A stretch of 64,000 nucleotides of DNA, taken from assembly GCF_009914755.1 (NCBI RefSeq), contig NC_060926.1; one strand, given 5' to 3'. The translations under genes and the position numbers were made by a program. Positions 38,496 to 55,450 of the stretch are shown here, piece by piece. The DNA is from the human T2T-CHM13v2.0 reference genome, Homo sapiens. Each line of letters starts with the position of its first letter. Within the stretch, counting starts at the first letter, position 1. The notes under the pieces were generated by a model. It made no database searches. It saw nothing but the letters and a program-made list of their open reading frames with translations, and had not been told where the DNA came from.

Positions 38496-39168
38496 TGACA
38501 CTGGACAGTGTCTGGAAAAGGAGAAACACATTTCTGCAGCCATGTCCCCCACTCCCCTCTCACACATCTCCAAAGTCCCTTTGCTCCTTCCCCCAACCCC
38601 AAGCTGTTTCCAAATCCCTAGGGTTTAACAATGTCCCTTGCTGGATAAGGGGAGTTAAGCTCCTGTCCAGCCTGGCAGCCATGTCTATTACACACAAAGC
38701 ACATATAAGGTGCATGCCCACACACAGAGCATGGACACACATATGTGCACACTCTTACAAGGATCCATCCAAGAGCATTTAAAAAGCACTTCTCTATCTT
38801 TTTCATAAGTGCCATAGAAGATCCACTGTCCTTTATTCAAATAATAAAGCTAGGGGAAATTTTTCTCTTCACATTAACTTGTTCATATCCTTTGAATAAT
38901 GAGAATTAGCACAGTGCCTGGCATGAGGTAGGCTCTCAATAAATAAGAGCTGATGTTTATTCAGGTAATAGCCATTTTTTTATTATGATAAATGTTATGA
39001 TAAGCATTTGTGTGTCACGTCTTTGCCCACTTACCTCCTTAGAACAAAGAATAAAAGAATAAATGGACTAAAAGGTGTGACAGTCTGCATGTTTACCTTT
39101 GGTTGCCAATAAGCATGCCACCAAATACACATTTTTAGAACACACCTATGGTAACTAACTTCTCCTAG

Positions 39169-40177
<1,009 letters not shown>

Positions 40178-41944
40178 GTGTCTTGTCTATTCTTAATCAC
40201 AGTACAGAAGAACTTGAGAACCAAGCCTGTCAATTTCCATAAAATCCCTTTGTGACTTGAATTGGGACTGCATCACTTTTATAGATCAATTTGGAGATAT
40301 GTCAATTTTGCAATATTGAGTCATTCCACCCAGGAACGTGCTCAGTCTCTTCATTTACTCAGGTCTTCTTACTTCAGTTCCTTAGTGAATATTTATAGCT
40401 TTCTTTATTTAGATGTTTCTCATGTTTTCATTAGGTTGATCTGGGAGCATATTTGTATTGCTGTTGTAAGCTTGCAATTCTCAATTCCTTTTCTTCTTTT
40501 TACAGGGTTATAGGGGAGCCGTATTTTTTTTTTTTTTTTTTTGGTATGTTGATCTTATACCTTACTGGAATTTTATTAGTTCTAACCGTGTTCTAGTTGA
40601 ATCTCTTGGATTTTATAGGTAGGCAGTCATATCATCTGTAAACAAGGAAATTTTAGTATCTTCCCTCTCAATATTTACACACAGTGTATATCTTTTCCTG
40701 TCTTGTTGCATTGTCTAGGCTCTCCAGTACAGTGTTCAGTGGTAGTAGTGATGACAAAATTAAAAGGGATAAAAAAGACATCTTTCCTTTTCCCTTTTAT
40801 AAGAATACTTCTCATATTTTACCAATGGCTTTTTAAATTTGTCTTTTAAATTTGAATATCTTCTTTTATGTACATTTTAATATGGTAAGTCATGTAAAAT
40901 CATTTTCTGGAAGTTGATACAATTTTAATCAAAATAATTATTCAAATTACCTGTCCTGTATAGAGCACCAACGGAGCCATGCTGGACTACATGGTCCTGA
41001 GCATGTGCAGTTTGGGGATATAGGAGTGGGAGGTGGCTGAATGTTCCCCTGGGGGTCCTTTCTCCTCCCTGACATTTAAAGTTAGTGTGATGTGATGCAC
41101 GGAACAAAAGACTATGAGTCAGAGGTTTGAGTCTCTCCTCTACCATATATTAGCTACTAATCGAAGACAGCAATTCAATCTCTTTGAATTTCAGTTTTCT
41201 CATCTATCAGATCGGAATAAGATCTTGGGTTAGTGTCTATCAGGTGCCTATGATAGGAATGACATATTACTGTTGTTAGGGTAAGAACTATTGCTATAGT
41301 AGTCAGCACTATTAATAACTATTAACAGGGACTAAACAATGACCAGGACAGGGACAGAGTCCAGAATGGGGCCCTGGGGTGCTCTAACCAGCTTTGCTGG
41401 CCCCTGAGATAGTGGGGAGCCCTGAAGGCCTGGGCCTCCCATGAGCTATCCTGTGACCTGGATGACTGTGTTTACTCCTTGCTGCCAGGCCTTGGTCCCA
41501 GTGTGACCCACGTGCCTCTCTTTAGAATGCCAGCCAGAGGACTTGCTTCTGCTGTCAGTATGTAGATACTTTTGCCAGCCTGGCCTAACATAGCAACATT
41601 CTTGAGTCTAGGTCTTTGGGCCAGCAGGCCAGGCCCCTTTTGGGACTTCCCACTCCAGGGATCCCCCCAGGCTGGTTGGAACCAACAGGGAAGAACAGCT
41701 GAGTCCTTCCTTCACAATTCCCCTGCTGATCAGGGGTGAGAGGAGATGCATCTTGGGACACTAGGCCCTAAGAATGGCATGCACACACGTTGCTAATGAC
41801 TGCACTAATGTCCATGCATCAGGGTATAGTAGAACTATCCTGAGATTTGCAGCAAATCTGGACTCTGCTATTTCCTCACTGTGGGAACTTGGGACTTTGT
41901 TTTCCTCATCTGTTATATAGGAATCATGATCATCTTCCCACTAC

Positions 41945-42914
<970 letters not shown>

Positions 42915-43974
42915 TGATTAATGAGGCTGCTGCAAGTATCATTTGAAATTGTGTCTATGATGTGATCTGTAAGTTGTAAAGCATATAATAAATACAAGGT
43001 GGTCCTGAGTCTGGCCCTCATGTTCATGGTCATAGACATGGCCATTGCACAAATGTGTGTGCAAGATGCCCTAGAACTGTGTGTCAAAAGTAGAAAACCA
43101 GGGGGAAAGGTTGGGGGATTGGGAAGGTGATCATAGGAAAGGAGGCTGACTCCAAGAGGTTATCATCGGAGCCTGGGATCTTTTGTCACTTTTCCCATCC
43201 ATCTCCCTATCTTGTGTTGCTCCAGATCTCTCCATACTGCAGGATAAAAACGGACAGTGCTGCCTGAAGCCTCCCTGACAACCTCCTGCTGTGTTGCTAA
43301 GCAACTTGACCTCCTCTTCCAAAAAAGGAACCTAATGCTCAAGGTCTGGCCTTCCAGCCTCCTTTAGTTACTTCCTTCTTCTCTGACCTCAAGGAAGGAA
43401 GGAATCTCAAGGAAAGAGCATCTCTGCCTCATGGAGGGAGAACTGGGTGTAGAATTGGAGGATTAGACTGGTGGGAAATGGGATGAACTTGCAAGGCGGG
43501 TCTTTGCTTCTGGGCTGATCAGTGTGGGGGATGACAGTTATAGAGCAGCTTTCTGTGCTGGACTCTCTAGGCACAGGCTCTGTCCTTGCAGCAAACCAAC
43601 AAGGCAGGTATGATCAGTGTTGCCATTTTATGAGGTCACTGAGCCTCACAGAGAGTAAGCAGCCTTCTCAGTCTCACAGGGAATAGGCAGTGGATGAGTC
43701 TGAAGCCACGCCCTTCTGGGTTCCTTCTACTCCACCATGCTGTTCGAGATATTTGCAAGGGTCACTGTAGACCACAAGACTTCTAAAATGCATTTCTCAC
43801 TTTGCTATTTGTCTGGAACCCCTGGTGAATGCTGGAATAGAGCACCTGGCTTGAGGTTGAGCTGGGGTTTGGGCATATAGTTCTGCTACTTCCTTGGCCT
43901 CTCAGAATCTCAGAATCTGCTCATTCTTCCAGTAGTGAAGATCAGAGAATAAGGGGTGGGGATAGAGTGAAAAC

Positions 43975-45090
43975 TGGGCTGGCCGGGCTTGAAATGCATC
44001 TCTACCACTTGGCAGCTCTGCGATCCCATGCAAGTTATTTAACATTTTGTGCCTCAGTTTTCCTAATTTATAGAATGGGAATAACACTAGAGCCAACTCC
44101 AGAGGGTTGTAAGAATTAAATGAATGTAAAGCTCTTTGAATAGTGCCTGGCACATAAAGGTTCAATAAGTATCAGCCCTTATTATTATTACTTCTAGGAG
44201 GCTTGAGCATATAAACCTCTTTCACATCCTTAGTGGTTAAGAGAATTCACTGCCACTGAAATCAAACTAGGTCCGCATCCTGCACTGCCCTTTCTCACTG
44301 TGTGACTTTAGACGAGTTTCTTAATCCCTCTGTGGCTCAGTTTTCTAATCTATAAAGTGAAGAAAATAATAATGTGTACTTCAGGGTATTATTGTAAAGA
44401 TCAAATATAATATGGGTATCAGTTATGGTAATGTTAGTTGCTGTAACAAGAAAACTTCCCACTTCCAAATTTCATGTAATAGTCTACATAGAATCATGGG
44501 AAGTAAGCATTACTATTATCTACATTTTAGAGGAGAAAACTAAGTGTCAGAATGGTGTAGACATATTCCTAAAGTCACATAGCTAGTAGCTAGCTGAGAT
44601 CTTACAATTTGAAATTCAATACATTCTTTTGTTACTTCATAAAGAAACGGAGGATGTTCTGAGTATAGGAGGCCAACTCATGTGATAGTGGTTGCGGAGC
44701 CATAGCCAGTCAAGAGGCTTGTTCTTGGTGAAGTTCACCATGTGGGCCCAGGACAAGGACTGGGCTGGCGTGGAAAAGTAAGCCCAGGTTCCTTTCCAGG
44801 GCATGTGGAGGGCATCTGATGGGGATGAGAGGGAGAGGAGGCAGGTGCTTGCTTTGTTTTGGATTGTTTTGTCTGCTTGTTTAATAGAAAGCACTGATAT
44901 ATGTAGCAAGGTACTTAAATCGTTATTTAATCTTTATAGCAACTCTATGAGGTAGGTTAAATGGATATTATCATTTTACAGATGAGGTAATTGAAGCACA
45001 AAGAAGTAAAGTAACTTGAATAACGTCACATAGCTTGCAAGTGTCAGAGCTTTTAAACCCTGGAAGTCCAGCCCAAACCTCCAAACCACT
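43975..45090. mobile_element. Several MIR fragments (~43975-44190 +, ~44230-44420 +, ~44480-44620 -, ~44885-45090 -)
   Basis: MIR core motifs gtgcctcagttttcct, ctcagttttctaatctataaagtg, cattttacagatgaggtaattgaagcac. Confidence 0.75.
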
Positions 45091-45191
45091 AAGCTATGTT
45101 GTCTTTTGTTTTCAAAGAAGGGTATGCTAGGAAAGAAACAGCAAACAGGATCCAGTGGGAGAGAATTCTCAGAAACAGAAAAAGTTAGCTG

Positions 45192-45810
45192 GGGCCAGGC
45201 ACAGTGGCTCATGCCTGTAATCCCAGCAATTTGGGAGGTCAAGGTGGGAGGATCATTTGAGTTCAGGAGTTCAAGACAAGCCTGGCCGACATGGTGAAAA
45301 CCCATCTCTACTAAAAATACAAAAATTAGCTGGGCGTGGTGATGGGTGCCTGTAATCCCAGCTACATGGGAGGCTGAGGCAGGAGAATCACTTGAACCCA
45401 GGAGGTGGAAGTTGCTGAGAGCCAAGATTGCACTAGCCTGGACGACAGAGCAAGGCTCTGTCTCAAAAAAAAAAAAAAAAGAAAGAAAGAAAGAAATATT
45501 CATCCAGGCACAGTGTCTCATGCCTGTAATCCAAGCACTTTGGGAGGCCAAGGTGGGAGAATCATCTGTAGCCAGGAGTTTGACGCCAGCCAGGGCAACA
45601 CAGTGAGACCCCTATCTCTACAAAAGCAAAATAAGATTAAAACAAGCTGGGCATGGTGGTGCATGCCTGTAGTCTCAGCTACATGGGAGGCTGAGATGGG
45701 AAGATCTCTTGAGCCCAGGAGTTCAAGGTTGCAGTAAGCTATGATCATGTCACTGTCCTCCAGCCTGGGCAACAGAGTGAGACTCTATCTCTAAACAAAG
45801 AAAACAAAAG
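45192..45810 (+). mobile_element. Two tandem Alus (~45192-45490; ~45505-45810)
   Basis: Alu dimers with A-rich tails. Confidence 0.9.
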
Positions 45811-48516
45811 AAATAGGAAACATCACAGTCAATGGGACATTGAACCATTCACCTCTATACATGACATGCGTCATCCCAAGATGGAGGAGTGTCATGGAGA
45901 AATCCTGCTGACCAAACAAAAGTAGGAAATGCCACTCAAGTCAATATATAATCAGAGCCCCACCCCACCTCAGAGTACAGTGATCTTCTCCAAGCCTGCA
46001 GCGCCTCAGTTAGGAAAGTGAAAGCTTGCAAAAGGCATTGGGGCAACAAAATAGTCTCTATTTCTTATCAGGGACAAAATGTACTTCCTTATCAAACAGA
46101 GACCTAACCAAGGACACTCATAAGGCAAGCTGTCAGTTTGTCCTTTATAACCAATTGTAGGCGGTGTGCACCTGTACTGGGCAAGCAGCAGGTCATGTTT
46201 ACATGAGGAAGAAGCTATCCAGGAAGGCCAGTAAGAGGGGATCTAGTGGGATGGTAAGGATTTCAGTTGTCAGGTCATGGGCTGGCCCAGCCACTTCACT
46301 TCTCCAAGCCTTGGTTCCCTCATTTGAAAACAGAGATAACCATCCCCATCTGGTAAGGTTGTAGCCAGGTCAAAGGAAATACCACCTGTAAAACATTAGC
46401 ATAGGGCAGAGCCTGGCAGAGTCATGTTCAATGAGTGGTAAGGCATACTTTTATCATCAGCAGATCCACTTGACATGGATTATAAATAGCTAAAGAAACA
46501 AGTTCATTTTGGTGCATTTCAAAGACATATTAAAGGAAAGGTGGAGGCCAGAAGAGCAGAAGGCTCTGAGAAAAGTGCATCACAGTGGCCCATTATGATG
46601 TCTGTCTATGGTCACGTGAGCTGGCATATGAGAGTGCTCTGTGAGCCTCAGTGCCTTCAGTGGCATCATTGCACTGTGACTGTGCAGGTCCCAAACAGTA
46701 TGGACATGAATGTCCTCAAGCTGCATGTTAGCAGGGCTTCTAATTCCATCTGCAAGTGATAGTGTGTGGAGCTTAGTTGCACAGAGCGCATGTTACTGGA
46801 GGAGATATGGGTCTGTGTCATCCTGCATGGGAATGATCCTAAAAACAAAGTGATCAGTGACTGCTCAGGACTGTGGAAAGGTCACTTGGAGCAGTGGGAA
46901 AAGGTCTGGCAGAGGAATAAGAAGATACAGGTCTTAGAACAAGCCCTGGGACTTCAACCAAGTCATTTAACATCTGGGGCCTTCGTTTATTTATCCTCCC
47001 AGCAGATAAAGCAATACCTGCCCTGTCTTCCTAACCTTGGAGGGGTCAAAAAAGTGATGGGTGTGAAAGCATTTTGTAAACTGTAGTGCAAGCATACGGC
47101 AGGGGAGTGAACCATACTTTCACTAGCGACTTGAATGAGGTGATAAAGAAAAGGCTCAGAACTTCAGAAAATGCAAGAGGGGCTTGACCCTGGATTGGCA
47201 GAGGAAAGCAATGGTGGGATCGATACCTTGGAGAGCCAAGGACCAAGGGGTTAAGGGTCCATGAGGACAGGCCTGGATCATCAGGAAGCTGAGTGTGGTA
47301 AGACTGTGGCTTCTTCAGGGATTGGGTGGAGTACAGTCCTGCCAAGACCACAGTAACTCAGGGCTTGGAGACATCACAAAGGCAGGGGCTCCTAGAGCTG
47401 AGATAATCTGGAGAAGAGGATACCCATCTACTGCATTCTGAGATTGGGTTCGACCTGTAGGTCATCTTGGATAGACGTTTTCCAGCTCTTCTTTTTTTTT
47501 TTTTTTGGAACAGAGAGAACCTAATTGACCCTTAAAGTTCCACAGAGCAGAGTTTGCAAATCTCTGGTTCAGCCTTATTATTTAAATGAGAGGAGAATGA
47601 AATCCCAGAAAAGAGATGTGATTATGTGAAGGTCACACAGCAAGTTAGTTGCCAAGCTGCAACTGGAACTCAGAATTTCTGGTTCCCAGTTCTATATCTT
47701 AGCCTCCCAAACTGGCTATGTGGACAGGAAAGAACAGAGTAATGGGGTGAGCTTTAAGGATGCAATTTCATAGGTAAGAAGATCCCTTAATCTAACAATA
47801 TCTCCCCCAGCTCCCCAACAATGACTAAAATCCCCCCTTTATTGACTCCTTCACAGGATTCCAAGAGTCTCAAGGTTAGAGAAGTCGCCTAGTCCACCTC
47901 CCCTCTCTGCTTCTCACAGAAGGGTCTGCTGAACACTCTGGTGACAGAGAACTCACCCAACATGTTCCATGGCAGAGGCTTTTCATTAGATCAAGGTGAC
48001 ATCTGTTTTACTGGAGCTTCCAACCACGTGTCCCAATACTGCCCTTAGTCACAGGCATCCAGGTCCTCTCTCTCAGGACAGCACTTTGAATAAATGAGGA
48101 CAGCTCCCATCCCCCTTTCTCCCAGTTGACTTTCCAGAAACATCTCATATTGTTGTTGGCTTTCCACCATTTTTCCTCTTCACTTCCTGGGCCTACTACT
48201 ACACTGTGTGTCCTCCACTTGGTCTCTTCCTGAAAGCAACACTGTGCACAATGTTCCTGGGGGCAGACTTATTAAACCAAGTGGACCACTTCCTTCATCT
48301 TAGGTGTCACAGCTCCATCAATGCATCCTCAAATCACAATGATTTTTCTGCACTTCACCCTACAGGTTCCTATTTAACGTTACATTGGCTAGGACATTAC
48401 TCATTTACACACAGGCTCTGCTGAGCCCCATCTTTGCCAAGACTCTGACTTCTGTTGTTTCATTTAAAGATGTAAGAACAGGGCCTCACAGTTCTTCCTA
48501 AGGAATTTTACTTTGT

Positions 48517-49892
<1,376 letters not shown>

Positions 49893-50879
49893 CCTTCATG
49901 CGTTTTTACACGCTTCATCCAACCAATAGTTCATGGAGGCCTTAGGTGTGTGTTTCCAAATTTTCTATGCTGAGTGTGTGTTCTTTGGAAAACCAGAAAA
50001 AATAAAGCGAAAAATAAAATGAAAATGAATAAAGACTCTTTCCCTGGCAAAATTCTTTGGGAAGGGGCGTCAGGCCCACCCCACACCCCCAACTGCTCAG
50101 CCTCCCGCCTGCATTGCCCCTTCCTGTGCCCAAGAAGAGGTGTGCGCGTGGAAAAGAATAGCCAGGACAGAGGGGGAAAGGAGAGCCAGGGGCTTGCCTT
50201 GAGGAGCAGTTGCCTTGAGGTTGGGGACTGTCCCTTTAGGCACCTTCCCCAGTGTTGTTTTCCTCTAAGCGAAGGCGTTTAAAAACGAATAGAACTTAAG
50301 GGCAGTGGCCCTGGTGGGAGGGCGCAGTATTCAGAAGGGCCTCTAGGTGGTGAGGAAAGGGGCCCAGCCAGGAGAATAATCCACTCGACCCGCTTCCCAG
50401 GCTTCCAGAGGTCAGACCTGGGATGCAGCGTTCCCCTTTTCACCCTCCTCTCTGAGGGCCAAAGGAGACCTGGAGACGACTGGGTCCTGCAGTCCTCAGT
50501 CTGGCCAGGCACTTGCGGTTTGCACTGCGCGGCGCACAAAATCCTCCCCGGCTTAGGTACAAAGCTCTCCCCAGCGTACCCTCCTCCGACCAGCAGAGGG
50601 CGCGCACCGCCCGCGAGAAGGAGGTGCAGGAGCTAGACTCCGAGGGGAGGCTGCGAGCCGCAAGCGCAGGAGCCGGGTGGGAGAGAGACCCCTTCTTCTG
50701 CAAATGAGGAGGCCGAGCAGAAGAAAGACGGCGACAGATGTTGGGGGGAGGGGACGGTTTGTGAGGGATAGGGAGAGAAAGTCTAAGTGAGAGCAGGACG
50801 AGGAGGGGAGGGTGGTTGGGGAAGGGGATGAAATAAAGTGGCTGAGGGAAGGCTGAGGTGGGGTGAAGCTCCGCCAGGA

Positions 50880-51240
50880 GGGATGAAGGTCGGGATGAGG
50901 TGAGGGGCGGGTGGAAGGGTGGGTGAGATGAGGGGGTGGGGTGCGCGTGCGTATTGGGATAAGATGGGGTGAGGGGCGGGTGGAAGGATGGGCGAGAGGG
51001 GGAAGATGTGATGTGGGTGCCTGTTAGGATGGGGTGGGGTGAGGGGCGGGTGGAAGGGTGGGTGAGATGGGGAGGGTTGGGTGGGGTGGGAGTGGGGGTT
51101 GGGTGCCTACTGGGATGGGGTGGGGTGAGGGTTGGGTGGAAGGGTGGGTGAGATGGGGAGGGTGGGGTGCGGGTGTCTGCTGGGACGGAAGTAGGGATAG
51201 AGTGGGGTGAAGGGCAACCGGAAGGGAGTGAGGTGAGCTG
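50880..51240 (+). repeat. G-rich degenerate tandem repeat (~70-85 bp period, 4 copies)
   Basis: Core ggtgaggggcgggtggaagggtgggtgagatg recurs near 50898, 50968, 51038 and 51123. Confidence 0.8.
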
Positions 51241-51475
51241 GGGTCGCCTGGCAGGGTGGGTATGAGGCAAGGCGGCTCCCTCGGGCTGAGCCCACCATCC
51301 AGGCCTCTCGCTGCCTGCGGGCGGCGCCCAAGCCCGCGCCACCCTCCTTCTCGGGACGTTTTCCTTGGCAGTTCTCTGCTCAGGCCCGAGATGAGCCTCT
51401 CCCTGCTTTCCCCTAACCACGGGTTCTGGCGCAGCAAAGAACAGAGAGAGAGGAGGCAGCGGAGAGCTCAGGAGC

Positions 51476-51481
51476 TTTAAT
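51476..51481 (-). terminator. FEV: FEV poly(A) signal ATTAAA
   Basis: tttaat on +, followed on - by a pyrimidine/U-rich downstream element ctctctctgttctttg; about 560 nt after the stop. Confidence 0.75.
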
Positions 51482-52041
51482 GGGGCTGAAAGGGTCAGAA
51501 ACACACCGGGAGTTTCTCCTGGGAGTGTGGGGACAGGAGGAAGGGGGCCGTGTGTCACGGAGGACGGTGGCTTTCACCAAACCTGCTCAGGTCCCAGGAA
51601 GGAGGACCGTGAGAGGCCTCCACGTGCTGAGGTGGGAGCAGTTCCTTGGGGAAGAGCAAAAGTGGGAAAAGATTTGGCACTCGTTAAAGAGTAGTGATAT
51701 TGAATGGGGCTTCTAGGAGCCAGGCGGAAATGCACTGGAGTGGTGGGGAGACAAGAGAGGTCCACAAATCCCCTCCGGGACCTGGAGACCTAGAAGAAAA
51801 AAAGTGAAAGAGGGCGCACATCGCCCTCCTCAGGGGACTGCGGGGTGGGACAGGAGCAAATCTAGTACCAGACAAGGATTGAGGGAGCTTCGGTCCCGTC
51901 CCCCTGCTAAGTGCGGCAGGTGGAGTAAACTCTGGATTAGAGGACGGTTGACGGAGGCTCCCGGGCCCTCCCCGGGATGCCGATGGGATCGGGCGAGACT
52001 CTAGGCGTGCGGGCGAGGCCGCAGGCACCCGACCGCCCCGT

Positions 52042-52631
52042 CTAGTGGTAATGGCCCCCCAAGTGCGAGGCTGCGGCCACGGCCCCGAAGGGCCCGGGCG
52101 GGGGCTGCAAGCTGGGACTGGGGTAGAGCGCGGCGGTGGCGGCGGCAGCGGTGGCGGCGGGGCCCGGGCCCGGCCAGTAGGAGAAGCCGGCGGGCGCGAC
52201 CCCGGCCGAGGCGGCCATGAGGTTGAGTTTGGAGAGGCCGGGGAAGGGCAGCGGGGCGAGGCCGGCGGGCAGCTTGTAGAGCGCGCCGTCCTGGGCGGCC
52301 GCGGCGGCGGCAGCAGCTGCGGCGGCGGCATGAGCGTGCGCGGGCGGCGGCTGGCAGGCCTGCGCCAGGCCCTGGAAGTCGAAGCGGTAGGCGTAGCGCT
52401 TGCCATGCACCTTGCTCATGATGTTCTTGTCGTAGTAGTAGCGCAGGGCGCGGCTCAGCTTGTCGTAGTTCATGTTGGGCTTGCTCTTGCGCTCGCCCCA
52501 CCGCCGCGCCACCTCGTCCGGGTCCGTGAGCTTGAACTCGCCGTGACCGCCCTCCCACGCGATGCAGCCGGCGTTCGCGCGGTCAGCCAGCAGCTCCAGC
52601 AGAAACTGCCACAGCTGGATCTGTCCGCTGC
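52042..52631 (-). CDS. FEV: FEV coding exon 3: ETS domain, 12-Ala tract and C-terminus
   Basis: Acceptor ccccacag|[17 protein letters not shown]...[42 protein letters not shown] (ERG/FLI-class ETS). 590 nt; total CDS 52+75+590=717 nt = 238 aa + stop. Confidence 0.98.
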
Positions 52632-54605
52632 CTGTGGGGAGGGGGGCGGTCAGCCACAGGCGGGAGCGGGGAGGCGGGAACTGGGGAAGAGTGCTGGCGG
52701 GAAACTGACCCACCCCGGCAGGAACCGGCACTGGGGGAGGAAAAGTGCAAGTCAAACTGCAGCTGCGTTCGGCGGGAGAGGCCGGCCCCGGAGGGGCTGA
52801 TCAGCAGAGTGGTGTGTAGCCTTACCGCGCTTTTGCACAATGGAAATGCGGCTTCCACTGAAGAGCACGTAGCTTTCCAGATGCACGGTTTTGTGGAACT
52901 TGGGGGTTGGGGGGAAGGGGAAGCATTGCCTCCCCCCACGTGAGCGCAGCGGCGCACCAAGGCACTTGGCTTTCCAAGGCGAGCAAGGACAGATATCCGC
53001 CGCCACTCTCCATCTCAGCCGGGCGCCCTTATTTAGGGAAAAGACGCACAACCGTACAGGGCGGCCTTGGGCAGAATGATCGGACTGCCCCATCCCAGCT
53101 GGACCACATCCAGAGGTGGGAAGGGACAGGCGTGCAGCAGGACGACCCCAACCACTGCTGGACAAGGCCCAGCTAGTCCCGAGTCCCCAAAGACGTAGTT
53201 GGACAGGCTACTCCTGAGGTGGAGTGGTGGCTGGCTCCCTTGGGACACCACATCCGACAGGAGTAGGAACGAACAGTGGCCCCCTATACGTGACAGGAGG
53301 GGCAAGCTCTCATGGGCTCACTATCCTAGCCACCTTCGGGTGCGCAGGCCTCTGCGCTGGCCCTGAGAATTTGGCCTCTTATTTTCGGAACAGGCGGGAT
53401 TCCCTGCCTACGAAGGTGCCATAGTTCTCGGGGCCTGATGAACAACTCTGAGGAGGGGAACGGACCGAGCAGCTGTTGTGCTTGGCTACCAACCTCCTCC
53501 TGTCTTTGTGTGATCTCCCTCCGAATTCGGTTGCTGGAGGCAGCAAGGAGGTTTTTCCAGGATATGCGAGTGGTTAGAGAGTGGGGTCCCAGAATTCCTG
53601 CTCCCCTGTCTTGGAGCCTCAAGCAGACAGGCAGAGAAAAATCCCGATACAATTACCCCCACTCCCTTTTAGAATAAAACGGATTTTCCTCAAAGTGGTC
53701 TGCTTACTGCCTCAAATATAGTCTTTTGAACCCCTCTTACTTTTTCAGCCACTGGCTTAGAATCCAGACGCTACCCTTCCCCATAATTTCAATCCCAATC
53801 CCTTCAAGCCAGCCCAGCAAAGAGCTTCCTGGTTTCTGGTCCCCAGAGTTAAGTTTTAGGGTCAGAAGCAAGGGAAGGTTTGGGTACAAAGGTGCACCTG
53901 GCACCAAAGGCGGAGCAACCTCAGCGGCTTGGATGACCGTTCCTGTTGGGCATAGTTTCCTTCTGGATAAAACAGTCGCCAACCTCGTTTTTGTGGTTTC
54001 TGTCTCTTGGTGAGATCTAGGGTAACGACTGAGATGGGGACTGTGGGGAGACGCTGCTTGAAGAGCCAGCCGTCAAAAGGGTAATTTAGCGACTACCCGT
54101 GGAGCGCTGGTGGTGAACCTGGGAATCAATTGCAATCGTCTGGCAGAGTTGGCCAGCAGAGATCAGCCGGCGTGAGTCAGCGCCGGAGGGTGAAGCAGGT
54201 GGCAGTAGCCAGGGTCTAGTGATTGGGAAGCCCGCTGTGTTTGGGGAGTAATTCCCCCGGTTCCATTGCCGGCTGGTGCTGCGGCCTTGAGCTCCTACTA
54301 CCAGCAGGGAAAGGACGCTAAGTGTCCCAGCCCCTGCCCCAAAGCCTGGAAAACCATACACAGCAGCAAAAGGGCCTGGGGCTGGGATCCTCTCCATCTG
54401 CCTTGGCCTGCAACTCTTTTCCTGGTGCTCAGGAGATGCAGGAGCCAAAAACCAAGTGACTGTCTTCCCAAGGCCTCCGCACAACCAGGCCAGGACTCCG
54501 GGCTTCAGTGTGAACCCTGGGTCCACACTGCTCCCACCTACTGTCCGCCTGTGCCCTGACCCCAACCAACCTCGCCTCCGCCGCCCAGCGCGCCGGCCAT
54601 CTCAC

Positions 54606-54680
54606 CTTTCTGAACCGCGGGGCTCAGCGGCCCCCAGCTCGGGTTCTTCCCGTCCTTGAAGAGACCGTCTCCGACGGGAT
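54606..54680 (-). CDS. FEV: FEV coding exon 2 (DPVGDGLFKDGKNPSWGPLSPAVQKG)
   Basis: Acceptor ctgcttgcag| and donor AAAG|gtgag; 75 nt, phase 1-1. Confidence 0.95.
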
Positions 54681-55398
54681 CTGCAAGCAGCAGAAGAAAA
54701 GAATCAGGAGAACCCCGGGCGGAAGTTGTGGGCTTGACAAAAGGGCCCCGGGCCAAGGCTTAAGGGGGGTGCTGTGGTCCCCAGGCGCGAGGCTGGGGGC
54801 CCGGGCCACCCGGCTCCTCCTCCCGGAGCCTGGTCCAGGCGCGCTGCGCGGAGCCCCTCCATAGAGCCCAAGTCAGGAAACGCGTCCAGGAAAAAGGAAA
54901 TCCGCTTTCCGAAGGGGCCGGCTGGAGCCTTATAAAGCCGAGCGGGGAACTGCGCCAGCCGAGCTGGAGCGCGAAGAGAAGAGGAGGGTGCCTGGAGGGC
55001 CGGCCTGAAGCTCGTAGCAGGAAGGTGAGGAGCCGTGAGAGCGCAGGGGAGACGCCCGCGGACCACAGCCTTCTGGTACGGCTCGGCCACAGAGTACTCC
55101 ACCACGCCAGAGACCCGTGCTTCCCCTCTCAGGCTCCTTCGGGTCCCTGAGTCCCGGCTCTTGGCCCCCAGGCTCCCAATCTGCTCATTTCAACTCCTCT
55201 AGACCCTGCACTGAAACCCAGAGCTCTCTATCTGCCTTTAGGTCTCCCCAGTGCCCTACATTACAATCGGCCCTCCATGCAACCCGAATCTCCGGACACT
55301 TCTCCTTCCCCTGGACCCCAGCACTCTCTTCCCATGCCTGAGCCTAGACTTCCCGCCCCAGGTTCCGGTGCCACCAGCCTCCGGCTGGTCCCTGGTAC

Positions 55399-55450
55399 CT
55401 GGCAGGTACATGTTGATCAGCAGGGGCTGGGAGGCGCCGCTCTGTCTCAT
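55399..55450 (-). CDS. FEV: FEV coding exon 1 (MRQSGASQPLLINMYLP)
   Basis: ATG at 55450 (gcggcgATGA), donor CCAG|gtacc; phase matches exon 2. Confidence 0.93.

Noticed and set aside
46600-48450. lncRNA recalled near here (LINC00608); acceptor-like ttctcacag at ~47919 and aataaa at ~48089
   Set aside because: Exon structure cannot be established from sequence alone; the signals are too common
50440-51558. 372-aa Pro/His-rich ORF on the minus strand
   Set aside because: Translation of the C-rich strand of the G-skewed repeat; low complexity and crosses the FEV poly(A) signal
52632-52755. ORF-track N-terminus MTCTFPPP... of the 237-aa FEV ORF
   Set aside because: Intronic read-through from a TTG; the real N-terminus comes from exons at 55399-55450 and 54606-54680 with matching phases
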